From assembly GCA_964016885.1 (NCBI GenBank), contig OZ024741.1:46562001-46626000 (forward strand): DNA of 64,000 nt, in the 5' to 3' direction. The notes beneath the pieces are model-generated. The model had not been told where the DNA came from. It searched no databases and worked only from the letters and a program-made list of their open reading frames with translations. Each line of letters starts with the position of its first letter. Within the stretch, counting starts at the first letter, position 1. Shown in pieces: positions 39,070 to 53,320 of the stretch. Both the position numbers and the translations under genes were made by a program. This DNA is from Eledone cirrhosa (Eukaryota).

Positions 39070-39224
39070 TATTGAAAGAATCGCTGGACAGATTTTACGG
39101 GCAAAACCAACAGGCGGGAGACCCAGGAGTAAACCCCAAGCAAGATGGCTGAATAACATCCATGAGCTTGGCTGGTCACGCTTGGGGATCCAGCCGGATC
39201 AGTTGGAGACGATTGCTTCTGACA
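39070..39224 (+). mobile_element. 3' fragment of an RTE (Expander/Rex3-like) LINE
   Basis: AKPTGGRPRSKPQARWLNNIHELGWSRLGIQPDQLETIASDR resembles the RTE C-terminal motif; homologous to 47230-47410 (minus). Confidence 0.7.
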
Positions 39225-39683
39225 GAAGAAGAAGAAGAAGAAGAAGAAGAAGAAGAAGAAGAAGAAGAAGAAGAAGAAGAAGAAGAAGAAGGAGGAGGAG
39301 GAGGAGGAGGAGGAGGAGGAGGAGGAGGAGGAGGAGGAGGAGAAGAAGAAGAAGAAGAAGAAGAAGAAGAAGAAGGAGGAGAAGGAGAAGAAGAAGAAGA
39401 AGAAGGAGGAGGAGAAGGAGAAGAAGAAGAAGAAGAAGAAGAAGAAGAAGAAGAAGAAGAAGAAGGAGGAGGAGGAGGAGGAGGAGGAGGAGGAGGAGGA
39501 GAAGAAGAAGAAGAAGAAGAAGAAGAAGAAGAAGGAGGAGGAGGAGAAGGAGAAGAAGAAGAAGAAGAAGAAGAAGAAGAAGAAGAAGAAGAAGAAGAAG
39601 AAGGAGGAGAAGGAGAAGAAGAAGAAGAAGAAGAAGAAGAAGAAGAAGAAGAAGAAGAAGAAGAAGAAGAAGAAGAAGAAGAA
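39224..39683. repeat. 460-bp pure polypurine (GAA)n/(GGA)n tract
   Basis: Direct inspection. Confidence 0.97.
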
Positions 39684-39847
39684 ATCAGCCCCAATATTTG
39701 ATTGGTACTTTATTTTATCAACGCCATGTAGATATAAGGTAAGATTAACTTCGTCAGAATCTTGACTCAGACTGTAAAACACAAACAACATAAAGAATAT
39801 TCGGTCGAGATTTACAGCGTTTTGCTTGAGATAGTTTGGGTGATAGT

Positions 39848-40160
39848 TAGGGTTGGATTTAGACCTTGGGGCGCCCGGGATACTTCAGGTTTAGGGAGGG
39901 GGCTCATACACAAAAAATTAATATTCACAGCACGCACTCATACACACACAATTTATATATCACAGTTAGCTTGTTGCAAGTAATTGGAATTGAAAAGTTA
40001 TACATACAGGTATTAAATTCAAAAATTCTAACCATCCTAAAACTAAAAAGCCCAGCTGATGGTACAAATAAAGTGCTAGAGTCGTCGCTTGTGGAGCCAC
40101 CCACCCTGTAAGGGGTCCGGGACAATTGCACCTCCTACCCCTCCATTAAATCCGACCCTG
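39848..40160. mobile_element. hAT-type MITE (313 bp) with 8-bp TSD
   Basis: TIRs tagggttggattta / taaatccgaccctg; perfect flanking duplication GTGATAGT (39840-39847, 40161-40168). Confidence 0.85.
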
Positions 40161-40794
40161 GTGATAGTACCAATATTAACCGATTAAATAAACTCTAGTA
40201 CTTGACTACTACTTTATTTTATCAATCTCTGGATGAATGAAAGACAAGGTTGATCTCAGTAGAATTTGAACTTAAGATGTAATGGATCAGAATTAAATAC
40301 TGGAGGGTATTTTGTCTAACACTGTCACATTTCTGTCAATCTCCCATTACACATTATACAAAATAATTAGATGTCTCTTGTGTCTATTCTACTTGCTTCA
40401 TTGGTTGTTTCAATGTCATGTCTGTTATCTCAAAAACTACTGAAGCTACAAAGTCCACACATGTTTATCAATAATTATTACGAATCATAAGAATGGAAAT
40501 AAAACTTTTCGCTTTGTTTTCTGAAAATGTTGCTTTATTATTATTTTTTCTTGGCAATTTATGTGGTGTCCTATTTATATTGAGAGGAAAATGTAAGTAA
40601 TTACAGGAGAAAAACAAGCGCTGTAGAAATACTTTTACTGATAAATACAGACATACTGTCGATTTTCCGGCGCTCTTGGTTTCAGATCCGTGCCGGGTTA
40701 TCAATTTGGCTGGAGTAAATAATAATTTACGAGAAGAATATTATAAAGTCGTAAACACTCTTCTATCCTTAAACTAAAAGAATATGAAGGTGTA

Positions 40795-40989
40795 CGAGGG
40801 TCAACTGAAATGTTCATAGACTGACTATGAAGGAGTAAGGCTAGAGCTGTGAAATCTTGCATGCATTAATTTCAAATCTTATTTATAACTGGATTATTTC
40901 TTTCCAGGGACTATGTTGAAAAATAAACCTCATTTGGTCATTCCATGAGAGTATATTGGTCAACCTATGAACTTTTCAGTCAACCCTCG
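40795..40989. mobile_element. Mariner-derived MITE with TA TSD
   Basis: TA-cgagggtcaactgaaatgttcatag ... ctatgaacttttcagtcaaccctcg-TA; inverted copy at 54281-54472. Confidence 0.85.
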
Positions 40990-42430
40990 TAAATGTTTAA
41001 AACTAAGTCTGACGTCACGCATTAATCGCCTAACGTGAATTAAAATAGTCTGGTTGATCACAAGAAATTCAAGTGCCCGTTCAAATGTCCGCTCATAATC
41101 GGGTCCGAATAAAAGAAGAGCCGGATCATCAGATGCCCTGAAATCGATGTTATAACTTTATATAGCGCCGCAACTTATTGCGTGTGTGTGTATGTATACA
41201 TATACACTACAAAATTCGGCTGACAGGGCATTGGTCAACTTGCGACTAGATTAGAAGACACTTACTTGAACACAATGTAAGGAGTCGAAACAAATACAGC
41301 AAGGCATTGTGTCTAACAATCTTGTCCTGGACTAATACTTAATTTCATCGACCCCAAAAGGGTAAAGAAAAAGTTGACCCCCACGGGATATAAACTCAGA
41401 AAGCAGAGACCTAGAACAAATATATCAAGACATTTTATCTTCTGCTCAAATTATTCTACTAATTCGTCGTCCAGTGGGTCACTACATTGTTTAATATTTA
41501 TATGGTTTGCGTGTAGTTTAATTTGTGCGTGCTGATGGTTCCTTCGTCGCATTTAGTCGGTTTGTTCAAGTCAACGTCCAATGAGTGAAGCTATGTGCAT
41601 GTGGTTGAGTATTCCATGTAGACATAATGTAATTCTCAAGTAGAATCCGTGTGACATCTTTGAATTACAGGCACAGTTCGTCCGATGGGTTTCTACACAG
41701 ATTCCTTCTACACAATTGCACTCACAAAGCTATAATAAAGTCACTTTCCCAGGATGCAATACAGTGGGTATTGAACCCGAGACCCCGCCTGTTGGGAATT
41801 AAACCATGCATTTCTCATATGCCAGATGAGCACAGGAACCATAACATTAAAACACATCTGGCCACCAAGTATCCAAATGTTTATACATCTAGCTTGATAC
41901 TTAAAACTATCCATCCCACATTAGTTTATATTAAAACCAAAATAAATGTGAAATTGTTACCATACTGTGAGCATAGATTGATCCCAGCTCCTCTTTTACA
42001 CACGACATTTGTTTGCTGTTTGTACGCTTTGTAAGGTGCTTAATAAGGCAGAATTGTGTCAGATAGAATACATTGTAATGTTTGTTGCAGCCCTTTCTAC
42101 GCCTTTGTGTGTATTAGATTACACGTCACAGAACTGGATTACAAAAATAGTAATTTGTGAATATACTTAGTTTATTTTAATTTCATTGAATTTTTTTCTC
42201 ATATGAATAAATTATTTTTGGTTGGTATTCCATATATAAGCTGTCATTTACAGTTGAAACTGTCAATACCTTATCGTAGCAGGATATCTATTTTCTGGAA
42301 TATTTCTTATTACAACTATATAGAAAATAATCACCTATTCAGACCCCATACCACTACTGTTTTTATTGCTATTAATGCCTTCCACATGTTTGTCTTTCTC
42401 AAAGAATCACACAAACTTCACGTTTCTCTA

Positions 42431-42501
<71 letters not shown>

Positions 42502-42586
42502 TCATTTCATTTATTGTTTTATTGATAATTTATCTGAGTGTCCCGAATATATATAGGTAGATATATAGGTAGATATATATATAGGT

Positions 42587-42643
<57 letters not shown>

Positions 42644-42662
42644 TAAATAAATACAATATATT

Positions 42663-42715
<53 letters not shown>

Positions 42716-42749
42716 CAGAGAGAGAGAGAAATATATATATACCTATATA

Positions 42750-42917
42750 TATATAAGCATAAAGGATGATGTGCTCATGCGCAGATATGATTTAAAATAG
42801 CTTATAAATAGGGTGAAGACCCTTAAAGGATGGGAAAAGAAGTTACCATCTCCTTATTTTATAAGTTATTTTATAGCATCTCTGCGCATGAGCACATCAT
42901 CCTTTATACTTACATAT
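42750..42917. repeat. Imperfect inverted repeat (~60-bp arms)
   Basis: ataaaggatgatgtgctcatgcgcaga / tctgcgcatgagcacatcatcctttat. Confidence 0.85.
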
Positions 42918-42953
42918 CTATATTCTCACCTCTTAAAAGTTCGAGAAATCGAC

Positions 42954-43011
<58 letters not shown>

Positions 43012-43101
43012 AAAATTGAACGGGAACAAAACAGAGAGGCAGTACGAACAAAGGTTTAATATATATATTGGAAAATGTGTGAGATCCTTGGTACAGTTAG
43101 G

Positions 43102-43390
43102 TATATTTGGAAAAAAGGAAAAGAAGGACTGCACTTGAATAATTTGATTTAATTTTATGATATTACAATATTATGAGTTGGTAGATCTAGTAAGTTCTTT
43201 GTTAACTTCGGTGGGAAGAATTTTAAAGATTCCTGGACAAAGTTAACCAGGAATCTTTAAAATTCTTCCCACCGAAGTTAACAAAGAACTTACTAGATCT
43301 ACCAACTCATAATATTGTAATATTATAAAATTAAATCAAATTATTTAACACTACAAGTGAAGTCATTCTTTTCCTTTTTTTCAAATATAT
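43102..43390. repeat. Long hairpin (arms ~43102-43236 / 43247-~43390, 10-nt loop)
   Basis: About 100 bp near-perfect inner arms, less perfect outer arms. Confidence 0.92.
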
Positions 43391-43587
43391 ATATATATAT
43401 TGTTATATTTTGGGAGGGTCATGTTGCCAATAAGAAACACACGCACCAGTTGCTTTCACTCCAATTTATTATAAATTAAATTCATAAATTTAAGAATTTA
43501 TAAATTTTCGATTGGTTGGTTGGATCCACAACCGGACGGTTGTTCATATATTGTCGAAGTTCTTTCGTCACACATTCTGTGACCTCT

Positions 43588-43623
<36 letters not shown>

Positions 43624-43718
43624 CAGTCTGCTAATATTCAAATCAGGCCGATTAGTCACTGTATATTTTAGAAAATATATATTTTCCCTAGCTCTGACAG
43701 TTGACAGGTAAGCAGTAT

Positions 43719-43765
43719 ATGGTACTGATGAAGGGTAATCACCCAGAAACATTAGTGTTTTCCGT
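43719..43765 (+). ncRNA. Type I hammerhead ribozyme (family F)
   Basis: atggta-CTGATGA-a-gggt-aatc-accc-a-GAA-ACA-ttag-TGT-T-ttccgt; stem I has one mismatch. Confidence 0.7.
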
Positions 43766-43936
43766 TCTGTTTATATGCCAACACAAGACCAAGAATGATG
43801 GAGTCATTCTACTGACATGGCTTTAAAGAGGCTGTTTGCATAATTGCAAACGAATCGAATATTATTATTAATATTCGAAAAACTCAGATTACTTTTATTG
43901 TATTCAGCCATGTAGAGCGATAAACTATTTCTTATA

Positions 43937-44031
<95 letters not shown>

Positions 44032-44306
44032 GTGTGTGTGTGTGTGTGCGTGTGTGTGTGTATACAACAACATCGATATGTACAAACAGTTTGTATATAC
44101 TGATGTTGTATATACTGATGTTATTATGGCCATATAGATTTGATCGCTTCCTTCTTGGTGTCAGACTTTATTAACTTTTTGTGTTTACTCTGGATGAAAA
44201 CGAATGCACTCTTCACACCATTGAGGGCTTTTGTGTGACTGCCTCAAACAATTCGATTGGTATCTGCTATACTGTGGCTACAACTTCGATTTATACCCAT
44301 TATTAT

Positions 44307-44439
<133 letters not shown>

Positions 44440-46051
44440 ATCATCGCAGCACTCATTTCTATTCCTTTTGTGCACCACTCGGCAGCAAACCAATCAAGTG
44501 CATGTCGGAGATTACCTTCCGATGAGTTGTCTGCAAATTCCAGCAGGCTGATCATATACCCATCAGTCCCGATATCATTTCGCACTCGGCTGCGCATGTC
44601 AATACAATTTATGATGAGTATGATTGGTAATAAAAATCAACAATGATCAATTATGTAATTATCAATAACGAAGAGATAAAAATTAGCATAAGGAGTCATT
44701 CTATCACATAAATGAAGATGAAGATCCAACAGTCTCGACAAAAAGTGTTCCAGCCAGATGTTCGGAGTATCCCATAGCACAGACACTTATACCCGTATAA
44801 CATAATTCTCGGTGAGATTCAACGTGACCTTAGAATTACAGATACAGTCGATTCGATAGACTTCGAAACAGTTTCTGTCTAACAAATTTCACTCACATAG
44901 CCTAAGTATGTTTTATTAATAAAAATCAAAAACATCGTAAACAAATCTATTTCAAATAACAACATTACATATATTTAAAAATGGGGTATTGAATGGAATG
45001 GTAATGGCTCTGGGGTCACAGAAGAATGGGAGGGCGAAGAGGGAGGGTGATGGGCTCTGACCTGAAACTATAGTAAAAGACACCTGTTCATGATGCCTCA
45101 CACTGGAACTGAACTCGAAAACTTCATGATTGTAAAGTGAACCGGTTAACCATATCACCATATCTGCATCCATTATTCTGTCAATTATTACGCAAGAAAT
45201 ACAAAAAAGCAATTATAATGAACATAAAGATATAGATAACAAGACTACTTAAGAGGATGACAAAGACAAGTTTAAAATCCTTAAACAATAAGATTGGAGA
45301 AAACAAATTTCTAATTGATAATGTACGACATTTATGCGAGTTTTTTCAAGAAAATAAAGGACAATGACTATTGCTCTTATAAAAGCTTTCAAAAATACGA
45401 ACAGGGCGAAGCTGTTTATCATTTACAATTATCACAAATTCTTTAAATTTTTTTTATTTTGTAATTGTTATAAAAGATTGAAATATTGATTTATTAAAAT
45501 TTTCCAATAAACATTTAAAAAAGTAAACTTTAAATGGGGAAATTACTTAAAAAGAAAAGATTACAGAGAAATATCAAAAATGTAAAATACAACAATTTTA
45601 CTGATAAAATGAAAGAGTATAGAAATAAACCTTTATACAATAAAACAACATTAGCAAAAGAGTGGATCGTCAAAATGACCAAGGAAGTTATGTTTCCATT
45701 GGTCTTTCTATTACTGACACTCACTTAGCAGAGTCGTTACCGTCTTTCTAGTGACAGGATCCAAGATTTGAAACTCAGAACGCACAGAGCCGTAAGGGAT
45801 ACCGCAAAACAGCTATTGCAACTCTTTCACAACTTCGCTGTTCCACCAACTCCTCGATCGGTACTTTATTTATCGACCCTGAAAGAAGGAAATGTAAAGT
45901 CAACCATGGCAGGATTTGAACTGAGAGTGCAACAAGCTGGGACCAAAACCAAAACATCTAGTTTGAAGCTTTAATCACTTTGTCAATTTGCCGTAGAGTG
46001 AACTTAAAAAGCTTAAGCTACTCACTAGAGCTAACGAGGGAGTTTCTAACT

Positions 46052-46364
46052 CATTGGTTCTTAACCTTTTTTCTATCGTGGCACCCCGTGCGGTTTTAAA
46101 ATTCCATCCCACACCACTAGGCCTAGCGCATAAGACAAAAGAACTTGGATTTTCAGGTCAAATCATCAGATACTTAGCTGCTACTATTTAATTAATTAAC
46201 TACTATGATTAATAAATGCAATTTTTAATTTTAAGTAACAGAAAATATCCAATCAAAATATTTTAATCTTTAATGTGACTTCTGCTCTTGCTTCATCTCT
46301 GCACCCCCAAGAACTGAATCTCACAGCCCTTGGGGATGCTCGCACCCCAGGTTAAGAACCACTG
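46052..46364. mobile_element. hAT-Charlie-like MITE
   Basis: TIRs cattggttcttaacct / aggttaagaaccactg; decayed NTCTANNN flanks (ttctaact / ctctacgt). Confidence 0.7.
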
Positions 46365-46952
46365 CTCTACGTGGTCACCCTACCTTTTAGAAATGGCAGT
46401 AAATCTTTCTTTAAATTGTGGTTTAGTGTATTAAAACGATACATTAGATAATATAGTCACAGATATAAATATGCTCTACAAAAAAATAAAACACAAATAG
46501 GTTGATCACAGCTGGAATAACATTGGTCATAGTTCTCCTTAATCCGTGATGAGCCGAGACTAAATAACAGCAACAATAACTAAGTAGCTGTGTGAACAAT
46601 ATTTCAAATTTATTTTAAACAATCTTTCAATGGTATTAAATGTAAATGTCTTCAACGCAAATTACTTTTCAATTAGTCACATCATTACTGAATTCTGCTC
46701 ACGAATTCAGAGTAGAAAGTGGCAAATTTCTTAATTGACACAAGGAAAACGATAATATGATTAGTTTAACACCGACAAACAAAACGTTTGTACGATAATA
46801 CTTTTGAATATTTACGACTAAATTTGTGAAATATGTGTCGTGAATTTTGAAACCTCCAATTACGTACCTAATAAACCAATCTTACAGTAAATCAAATTTA
46901 TCTTACAACAGTTAAAAATCAACTGGGAAATTAACCCAATACACAAACACAA

Positions 46953-47066
<114 letters not shown>

Positions 47067-47204
47067 GTAATTGCTGCAAAGCATATTCTGGTAAATATTT
47101 TTCAAGATGCAAATAAATTCCATTTATTGATATTAGATAAATATATGAATTGTTCTTTGAGATAGAAAACAAAAACCAAACAACAATCGTTAAAGAGACT
47201 TTTC

Positions 47205-47495
47205 TGCTTCTTCTTCTTCTTCTTCTTCGCCCACCTATTCCTGAGAGGGGCGTGGAGGCAGAGTCCTCAAACACTCCTTCCAGCGGGTCATGTCAGAAGC
47301 AACCGTCTCTAACAGATCTGGCTGGATCCCCAAGCGAGACCAGCCAAGCTGGGGTCTCCCCTGGGTCTCCTGCCGGTTGGTTTTGCCCGCAAAATCTGTC
47401 CAGCGATTCTTTCCTAAGACATTTTAACCACATACTCATAGTATCGGAGCTGTGATCTCTCAATTCTGAGAAGTAACGGCTCAATCTGGAGTGAC
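47205..47495 (-). mobile_element. 3' end of an RTE (Expander-like) LINE with (GAA)n tail
   Basis: Minus strand AKPTGRRPRG..; homologous to 39070-39224; (CTT)n at 47207-47228. Confidence 0.7.
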
Positions 47496-47564
47496 CCAAT
47501 GAGTTAATTTTTTAAAATTGAGAATTCGGCAAACTGATATAGTCAGCGACTAACTCAGGCTCTG

Positions 47565-47830
47565 TTGCACTTCGGGTCAAGGAGGGTAAACTCTCCAAAT
47601 ACCGGTCGCTCTCCAACAGGTTTACAGTCGAACCCGTAGCAGTGGAGACGTCTGATGTCCTTGGACCTAGGGCCACCTCCCTATTCGCCACTATCGGCTG
47701 GGAGTTGGCTACCCGCAGGTGTAAGCCTCGCGAGCTGGAATGGTTACTCTTCCAGCACGACTCCCTCACTATCCTCCGGGGAAACGCCGTGTCTATTCTG
47801 TCTGCCGGCGCCGCGGGGCGGCCAGCGCGT
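47565..47830 (+). pseudogene. C-terminal RLE fragment of a CRE-like non-LTR retrotransposon
   Basis: KLSKYRSLSNRFTVEPVAVETSDVLGP..IG..PRELEW..LTILRGNAVSIL. Confidence 0.7.
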
Positions 47831-49394
47831 GGGACTCCATTTGCTCATAATAGTGAGAGATGGGAAGAGTGGAAGAGACGGAGGCAGTGACAGTAGGAGT
47901 TCGGTTCCTTTGTGTTCAGATCTGGTGTATATGTATATATATTTATCTACCACACCACATGTTACATACACCCAAGTGATTGTATACATTATTACAGACC
48001 CGTCAACTCTCCCCGTCCGACAGGGGAGATCTCCCGTCAACTTTGGAGTGAGTGAGAGATGTCTTCTCTTGTAAAAATGGGTATAGGTTTCATTATGTAA
48101 AATCTCCCTATTTTGCCTCATTTCTCCCCGTTTGGGGGCACTTTTGTTCATGGTACTCCTCGTTTGGGTTTTTAGAGGTTGGCAGGTCTGTTATTACCAT
48201 TCTGAGATATATCGCCCTGACTAAGGTACAAAATAAAGTGTTCCAGTTCCTACCATCTTCCCTTACTTTCATTATTTGATTTGGTTTTTTTATTGAGCCA
48301 CAAACTACGCACATAACATAGAAAGACAGCTCAAGTCAAGCCATACTCCCATCTCCACCCCGCCCCTCATCCCACCTTGCTGTCAGAAACAGAACCCTGA
48401 AAAACATTCTTTGATAAGGACATAACAAACACAAAAATATAATTGTTACTCTTCGACCCCAAATAATAAGGACGGGGTGCTGGAATAAGCGGGGGAGTTG
48501 CAATAACTCGTAATACAAAAGGTAATAACGATTTCTAATTTTGACATGAGGCCATCAATTTGTGGGGGCGGGAAAATTCGATTATATCTACCCCAGTACT
48601 TTACTGGTACTTTATTTTATCAACCGCAAAATAATGAATATCAAAGTTGAGCTCGGTAAAGAGCCGGAACATGGCTAAGGATTTGTCCAACACTCTAACG
48701 ACTCTGCCAATCTACCTCCTTCAATGCGAAAGATAATAGAAATATTAATTCTCTTACTATTGCTGGAGATATACACAGACATATCCACGTTCGAGAATAT
48801 TGGTCTAGTCACATCTGGAATACCTTTGATCGTTGATTTGTTAGAGTATGGCTGATCTGGAGCTAAACAACAGAAGTTAGACTCTCTGGCTGTGCAACTA
48901 GATATAAAGACCAACTAAATCTCCCTTAATCATAAATACTGCCGTTAAAAAAGGACATTGAATAATATAAATTTCAAAATAAAAGCACGGGATAATCAGG
49001 GCTGGAATGCCTTTAATTTAACTCTTTAGCAATTACATTACTCTATGTATACTATTGTATTTTCAATAATTTCACATAATTATTTCACATAATTATTTCA
49101 CTTAATATTGAATATGAGATTTTGATACTATTTATTTTGAGAACAATACCTTAACATCGGTATGAGTGGCCGGTTATAGCTGGTTTGAACAGAAAGATGT
49201 GAGAGAATTCTGGCCATATATGGCCGGTTTAAATGCCAAAAGATTAAGGTCTTCTTGAGCAAGCCTAGTCTGATCTAGGGTAAACCAATAACAAAAAACT
49301 GCAATAATGTTTTATACATGTCACTCAACCTAATACAAGTAACAGCCAAAGCACTTTAACCATGTTTCTTTGGCATAGCCTAGAGTCGTCGGCA

Positions 49395-49553
49395 GGTGGC
49401 GAATTGGCAGAGTCGTTAGAACGTCGGATAGAATGCTTTATGGTATTCTTTCCGGGTCTCTGCTCTCGGAGTTCAAATCCCACCGAGGTCAACTTTGCCA
49501 GTCATCCTTTCGAGGTCGATAAACGAAAGTACCAGTCTAGTACTGGGGTCGAT
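49395..49553 (+). mobile_element. Deu/Nin-like tRNA SINE
   Basis: A box tggcagagtcgttag, B box gagttcaaatccc, core tcatcctttcgaggtcgataaa..gtaccag. Further decayed copies near 31000, 38630, 39700, 40200, 41340, 45860 and 48540. Confidence 0.8.
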
Positions 49554-50233
49554 TCTTCCTTTATGTCTCTTTCTCATTTTCTCTCTCTTACTTTCTATCT
49601 TTCTCTGGAAGAAATCTGCTGTACTCAGGCCTGATGAGGGATAGGTTCCGTCAGATGGACTGTATCTGTAATTCAAATGGACGTTGTGTTATGTTAAATT
49701 TCCCTGTGAATTACGTTACGGGCAGACGTACTTACAGAATGCTCAGTCCCTTGCATGCTCATTTCATGAGCAGTCCGTTCTGTTCTTTGAACAATTGGAA
49801 GACAGCACTCATCGTTAAAACAGACGGATGTCCATTCCATTTCATATAATGTATCCCCTAGCTGGAGAAAAGTCAATGCGATAGCAGTGAGAATAAAAGT
49901 TAATAAATATCAGTTAATTAATTCAATTAAGAAACATTAACTTACAGAATCACTGAGAAAATTCTATACAGAAATAATATAATTAGACTGATTAGTAGAA
50001 ATGCAAGTCCACATACACATATAGACATAGACACACACACACACACAAACACAGGTACCAAACACATACACACATAGACACACACAAACACAGGTACCAC
50101 ACACACATAGACACACACACAAACCCATGTACAACACACAAAGACACAATCACGAGTACAACAAGCATACACACATACGTATATGTGTGCGTGCGCGTGT
50201 GCTTGTATGTATGCGTATATATATATATATATA

Positions 50234-50303
<70 letters not shown>

Positions 50304-50306
<3 letters not shown>

Positions 50307-51230
50307 GAAAAATTGAACAGGGACAGAACAGAGAGGCAGTACGATAAATGTTTATTAAATTCACGCTCAGGAGAGTGGGGGGTAGGTGGGGGACGACGTT
50401 TCGGGCATAAGCCCTTCTTCAGGTGAGAGTTCAAAAGGTGTGTAGGGGAGTGGTGGAGAGACATATAGCGAAAGGAAAAGGTGCGAATGAAAAATTAACA
50501 AATAAAGACAAAAATATAATAAATAATAAATAAAAATAAAGCATGATCAAAATACAAGGAATGAGAAAATTTAAAAATAAAGGCATGATCAAAATAAACT
50601 GAAATTGAAAGGGGGGTAAACAGGTGGTGGAAGGGTGTGGGTGAGTAGAGGTGGTGGCGGGTGGAGTGGGGAGAGGGAGACGGGGTGTCCGAGCGGGGAG
50701 GGCTGAAGGTGGTGTAAATATGTGGTGGGAAGCACGTGTGTGTGGTTTAAGCGTGTTGTGGGTGTGGGTGGCGTGTGGATAAAAAAAATTGTTTTGGGGG
50801 GTGTGTGTGGGTGAGTTATATAGGTGATGGTGTAAGAGGATGGTTGAAAAGTGGAAAGTTACACGGATGTATGGAGATTTTGGTTAGAAGTCAAAACGCG
50901 TGTGGGTAATCCAAGAAGCGGTGGTCGGAAGAGGAGAGATGTGGTGTGCGCGCGCAACAGGAAGTGGTCAGCAGTGGGAGTGCTGTGGTCAGTTGGTGCT
51001 GAGACAGTGGTCGGAAGGGCATAGCAGCAGTCGGCGGAATGGTAGGGAGGCGAGGATGGGTAGGTGTGAGAGTTGGAGTGAGGAGGGTGTGTGTGTGTGT
51101 GTGTGTATTAGTAGGGGTGTTAGTGGGATGAGTGAGTGTGGAGCGGGGAGAGAAGGGTGTGTGTGGTTCTATGGAGGGAGTGTGGTGTACTGGTGTGTGT
51201 GTAGTTTGGTGCAGAGGTGTTAGTGGGTGT
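50304..51230 (-). mobile_element. Probable Penelope-like 3' UTR/pLTR (family G)
   Basis: C-rich minus strand leading to a classic PLE HHR. The terminal ~45 bp is shared with 43008-43055. Ends in (TA)n. Confidence 0.6.
50391..50426 (-). ncRNA. Minimal type I hammerhead (family G)
   Basis: tcac-CTGAAGA-a-gggc-ttat-gccc-GAAACGTC-gtcc: canonical PLE-type core with GUC; stem I only 2 bp in this copy. Confidence 0.75.
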
Positions 51231-51538
51231 TATATACATACTTACATATATATATATGTACAAATAATATATATACACAAATAAATATATATATATATGT
51301 ATGTATATATGCTATATATATACATATAAATACCCACCCAAACACATATTTATATATATATTAGTTATATATACATATATATATATATACACGTATATAT
51401 ATATAAACGTATATATATATATTTTATTATATATATATATATATATATATTTATTTATTATATATTATTTACAATTTGCGTGTAGGCAGGTCTGTCTGGA
51501 AGTACGGGTGGGGAGCGTTGAGGGTAGTATGTGTGTAA

Positions 51539-51569
<31 letters not shown>

Positions 51570-51610
51570 CATACATACATACATACATACATACATACAT
51601 ACATACATAC

Positions 51611-52126
51611 ATGGTGGCTGCCAACTCGTTTTCGAGTACGGCCACTACTTTATATCCATGTAGGAGAACCCATACCGATGCGCTGAACGAGTGTGACTTT
51701 TTAGTCCAGCCAGCGACTTGAAAACTCTGCTACAAACACTACACTTGTGACAATTATTGACACATAGTGCTTTACCTTTGGTACCATGTCACGACAAGTG
51801 CAGAGAGATCTCCAGATATAAAGCAATGCCTGTGCCGTGAAGCTTTTATAGTGAGCAAAGGCACTGCACAAAGCCAGTCCCACTCTCTTAACCAAGATGA
51901 TATTTACCAAAAAGAAGAACAAGTCAACATCATTGGATACCATCAGGGTTGCAGGTGTTATATCAGAGTTTTCCTTCTCCTAGAATTCTGCCTTGACAAA
52001 GGCTAAGGGGTCATCTCTCCCAGTGATTTTGGATGGCCATTGATTCTTAAGAGCTCCTTTGCCCTTTGACAGGTTTTGTTTTTAGTCCTGCAGGATGTCC
52101 AAAGTCACCCTCCTCGCCAAGAAACC
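51611..52126 (-). mobile_element. Inverted copy of the 26300-26911 repeat, with (TATG)n tail
   Basis: Near-identical spurious ORFs (26581-26823 vs 51701-51943). Confidence 0.8.
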
Positions 52127-52534
52127 TATAAATCGTCAATTTATATATAATAAATAATATAATATATACTATGTATAAATAAATATTATATATCTTTTAT
52201 TTTACTATATTTATATATATGTATCATTTGATATTTAATATACTATTATATTATCTCTACCACCACCACCCCTCTCTCAGTCCCCAGCGCCCCCTGGACA
52301 TAGCCAATGCCACCTGGAGGGGGGTAGCGACCACTTTTAGAACCTCAGTTCTAGATCCTAGTCACTGCACTTATTCTCTTGACTAACGTATGACGAAATG
52401 TACAGGATCAAAATAGTGCAATATTAAAATAGGCATCAGTTTTCGTAATCAGGTATTCAACTGAAGCTGTCATCACATGCTTGATCACTCAAGTACGGAA
52501 CTCAATGGTGACTTACGTACAGACCTATATTTCA

Positions 52535-52900
52535 AGCGGCCCGACAGAATGACCCTCTTCCCTTTCGCAGGAGGTAAATCCCTCATCTTCGACGCGATAT
52601 GCTGTGACACTTCAGTGCCTCCAACTTAGTCACCTCGGCCTTAAACCTCGGTACCATGACTCGCAATGCAGAGGACAAAATGACAAGCAACTACCGGAAC
52701 TTATCTCGCTGCTTCCTCTTTACACCGGTCGCCCTCGAGACTTCAGGCGTCCTCTAACCCCAGACAGATGACCTCCTTAAAATCGGATTGATAGCAGCCT
52801 GTCTGAGGAAGGAAACCCGCGAGGTGGGGTGGCTGTTGCAGCGTGTGTCAGTAGCCACTGTCCTCGGAAATGTCTTTGCCATTTTGTCCGCAGGGGGCAG
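52535..52900 (+). pseudogene. Decayed RLE domain of a CRE-like retrotransposon
   Basis: RPDRMTLFP..AEDKMTSNYRNLS..FTPVALETSGV..REVGWLLQRVSVATVLGNVFAIL. Confidence 0.7.
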
Positions 52901-53239
52901 CCTAAACACCACTCAGACCTTGGTACAGATTCAATTGAAAAAAGGAAACGTCCATGAAGCACTCAACCAAGCCTTCCATACAGAAAGCAAAGATATAGTT
53001 GCAAACAATTAATTAATAAATCGAACTACACTACAATAAACAGAATAAAGAGTTCAACTTACAATTTGAATATGGGTTAATCCACTGTTTAAACGAAGCT
53101 ATCGAATAGGACCGACACAGCTTCGGTCATTTCCTCACTCACTCAATAATTTAATTAAGTCTGTATCATTAAGACACGAATCCAAGAAAATTATATATAT
53201 ATATACATATACAATTTTTAAAACTAATATATATATGTG

Positions 53240-53320
<81 letters not shown>

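Noticed and set aside
39069-39791. Poly-E/G/R/S/F ORFs
   Set aside because: GAA/GGA tract.
41095-41138. Minus-strand CTGATGA-tccgg..tcgga
   Set aside because: No GAAA.
42810-42850. gtgaaga-ccct..agg..gaaa in the inverted-repeat spacer as an HHR
   Set aside because: Core C missing and stems unconvincing.
49395-49485. tRNA genes at A/B-box motifs
   Set aside because: No cloverleaf; boxes continue into SINE cores present in many decayed copies.
49628-49680. CTGATGA followed by a small stem
   Set aside because: No GAAA or closing stems; not a hammerhead.
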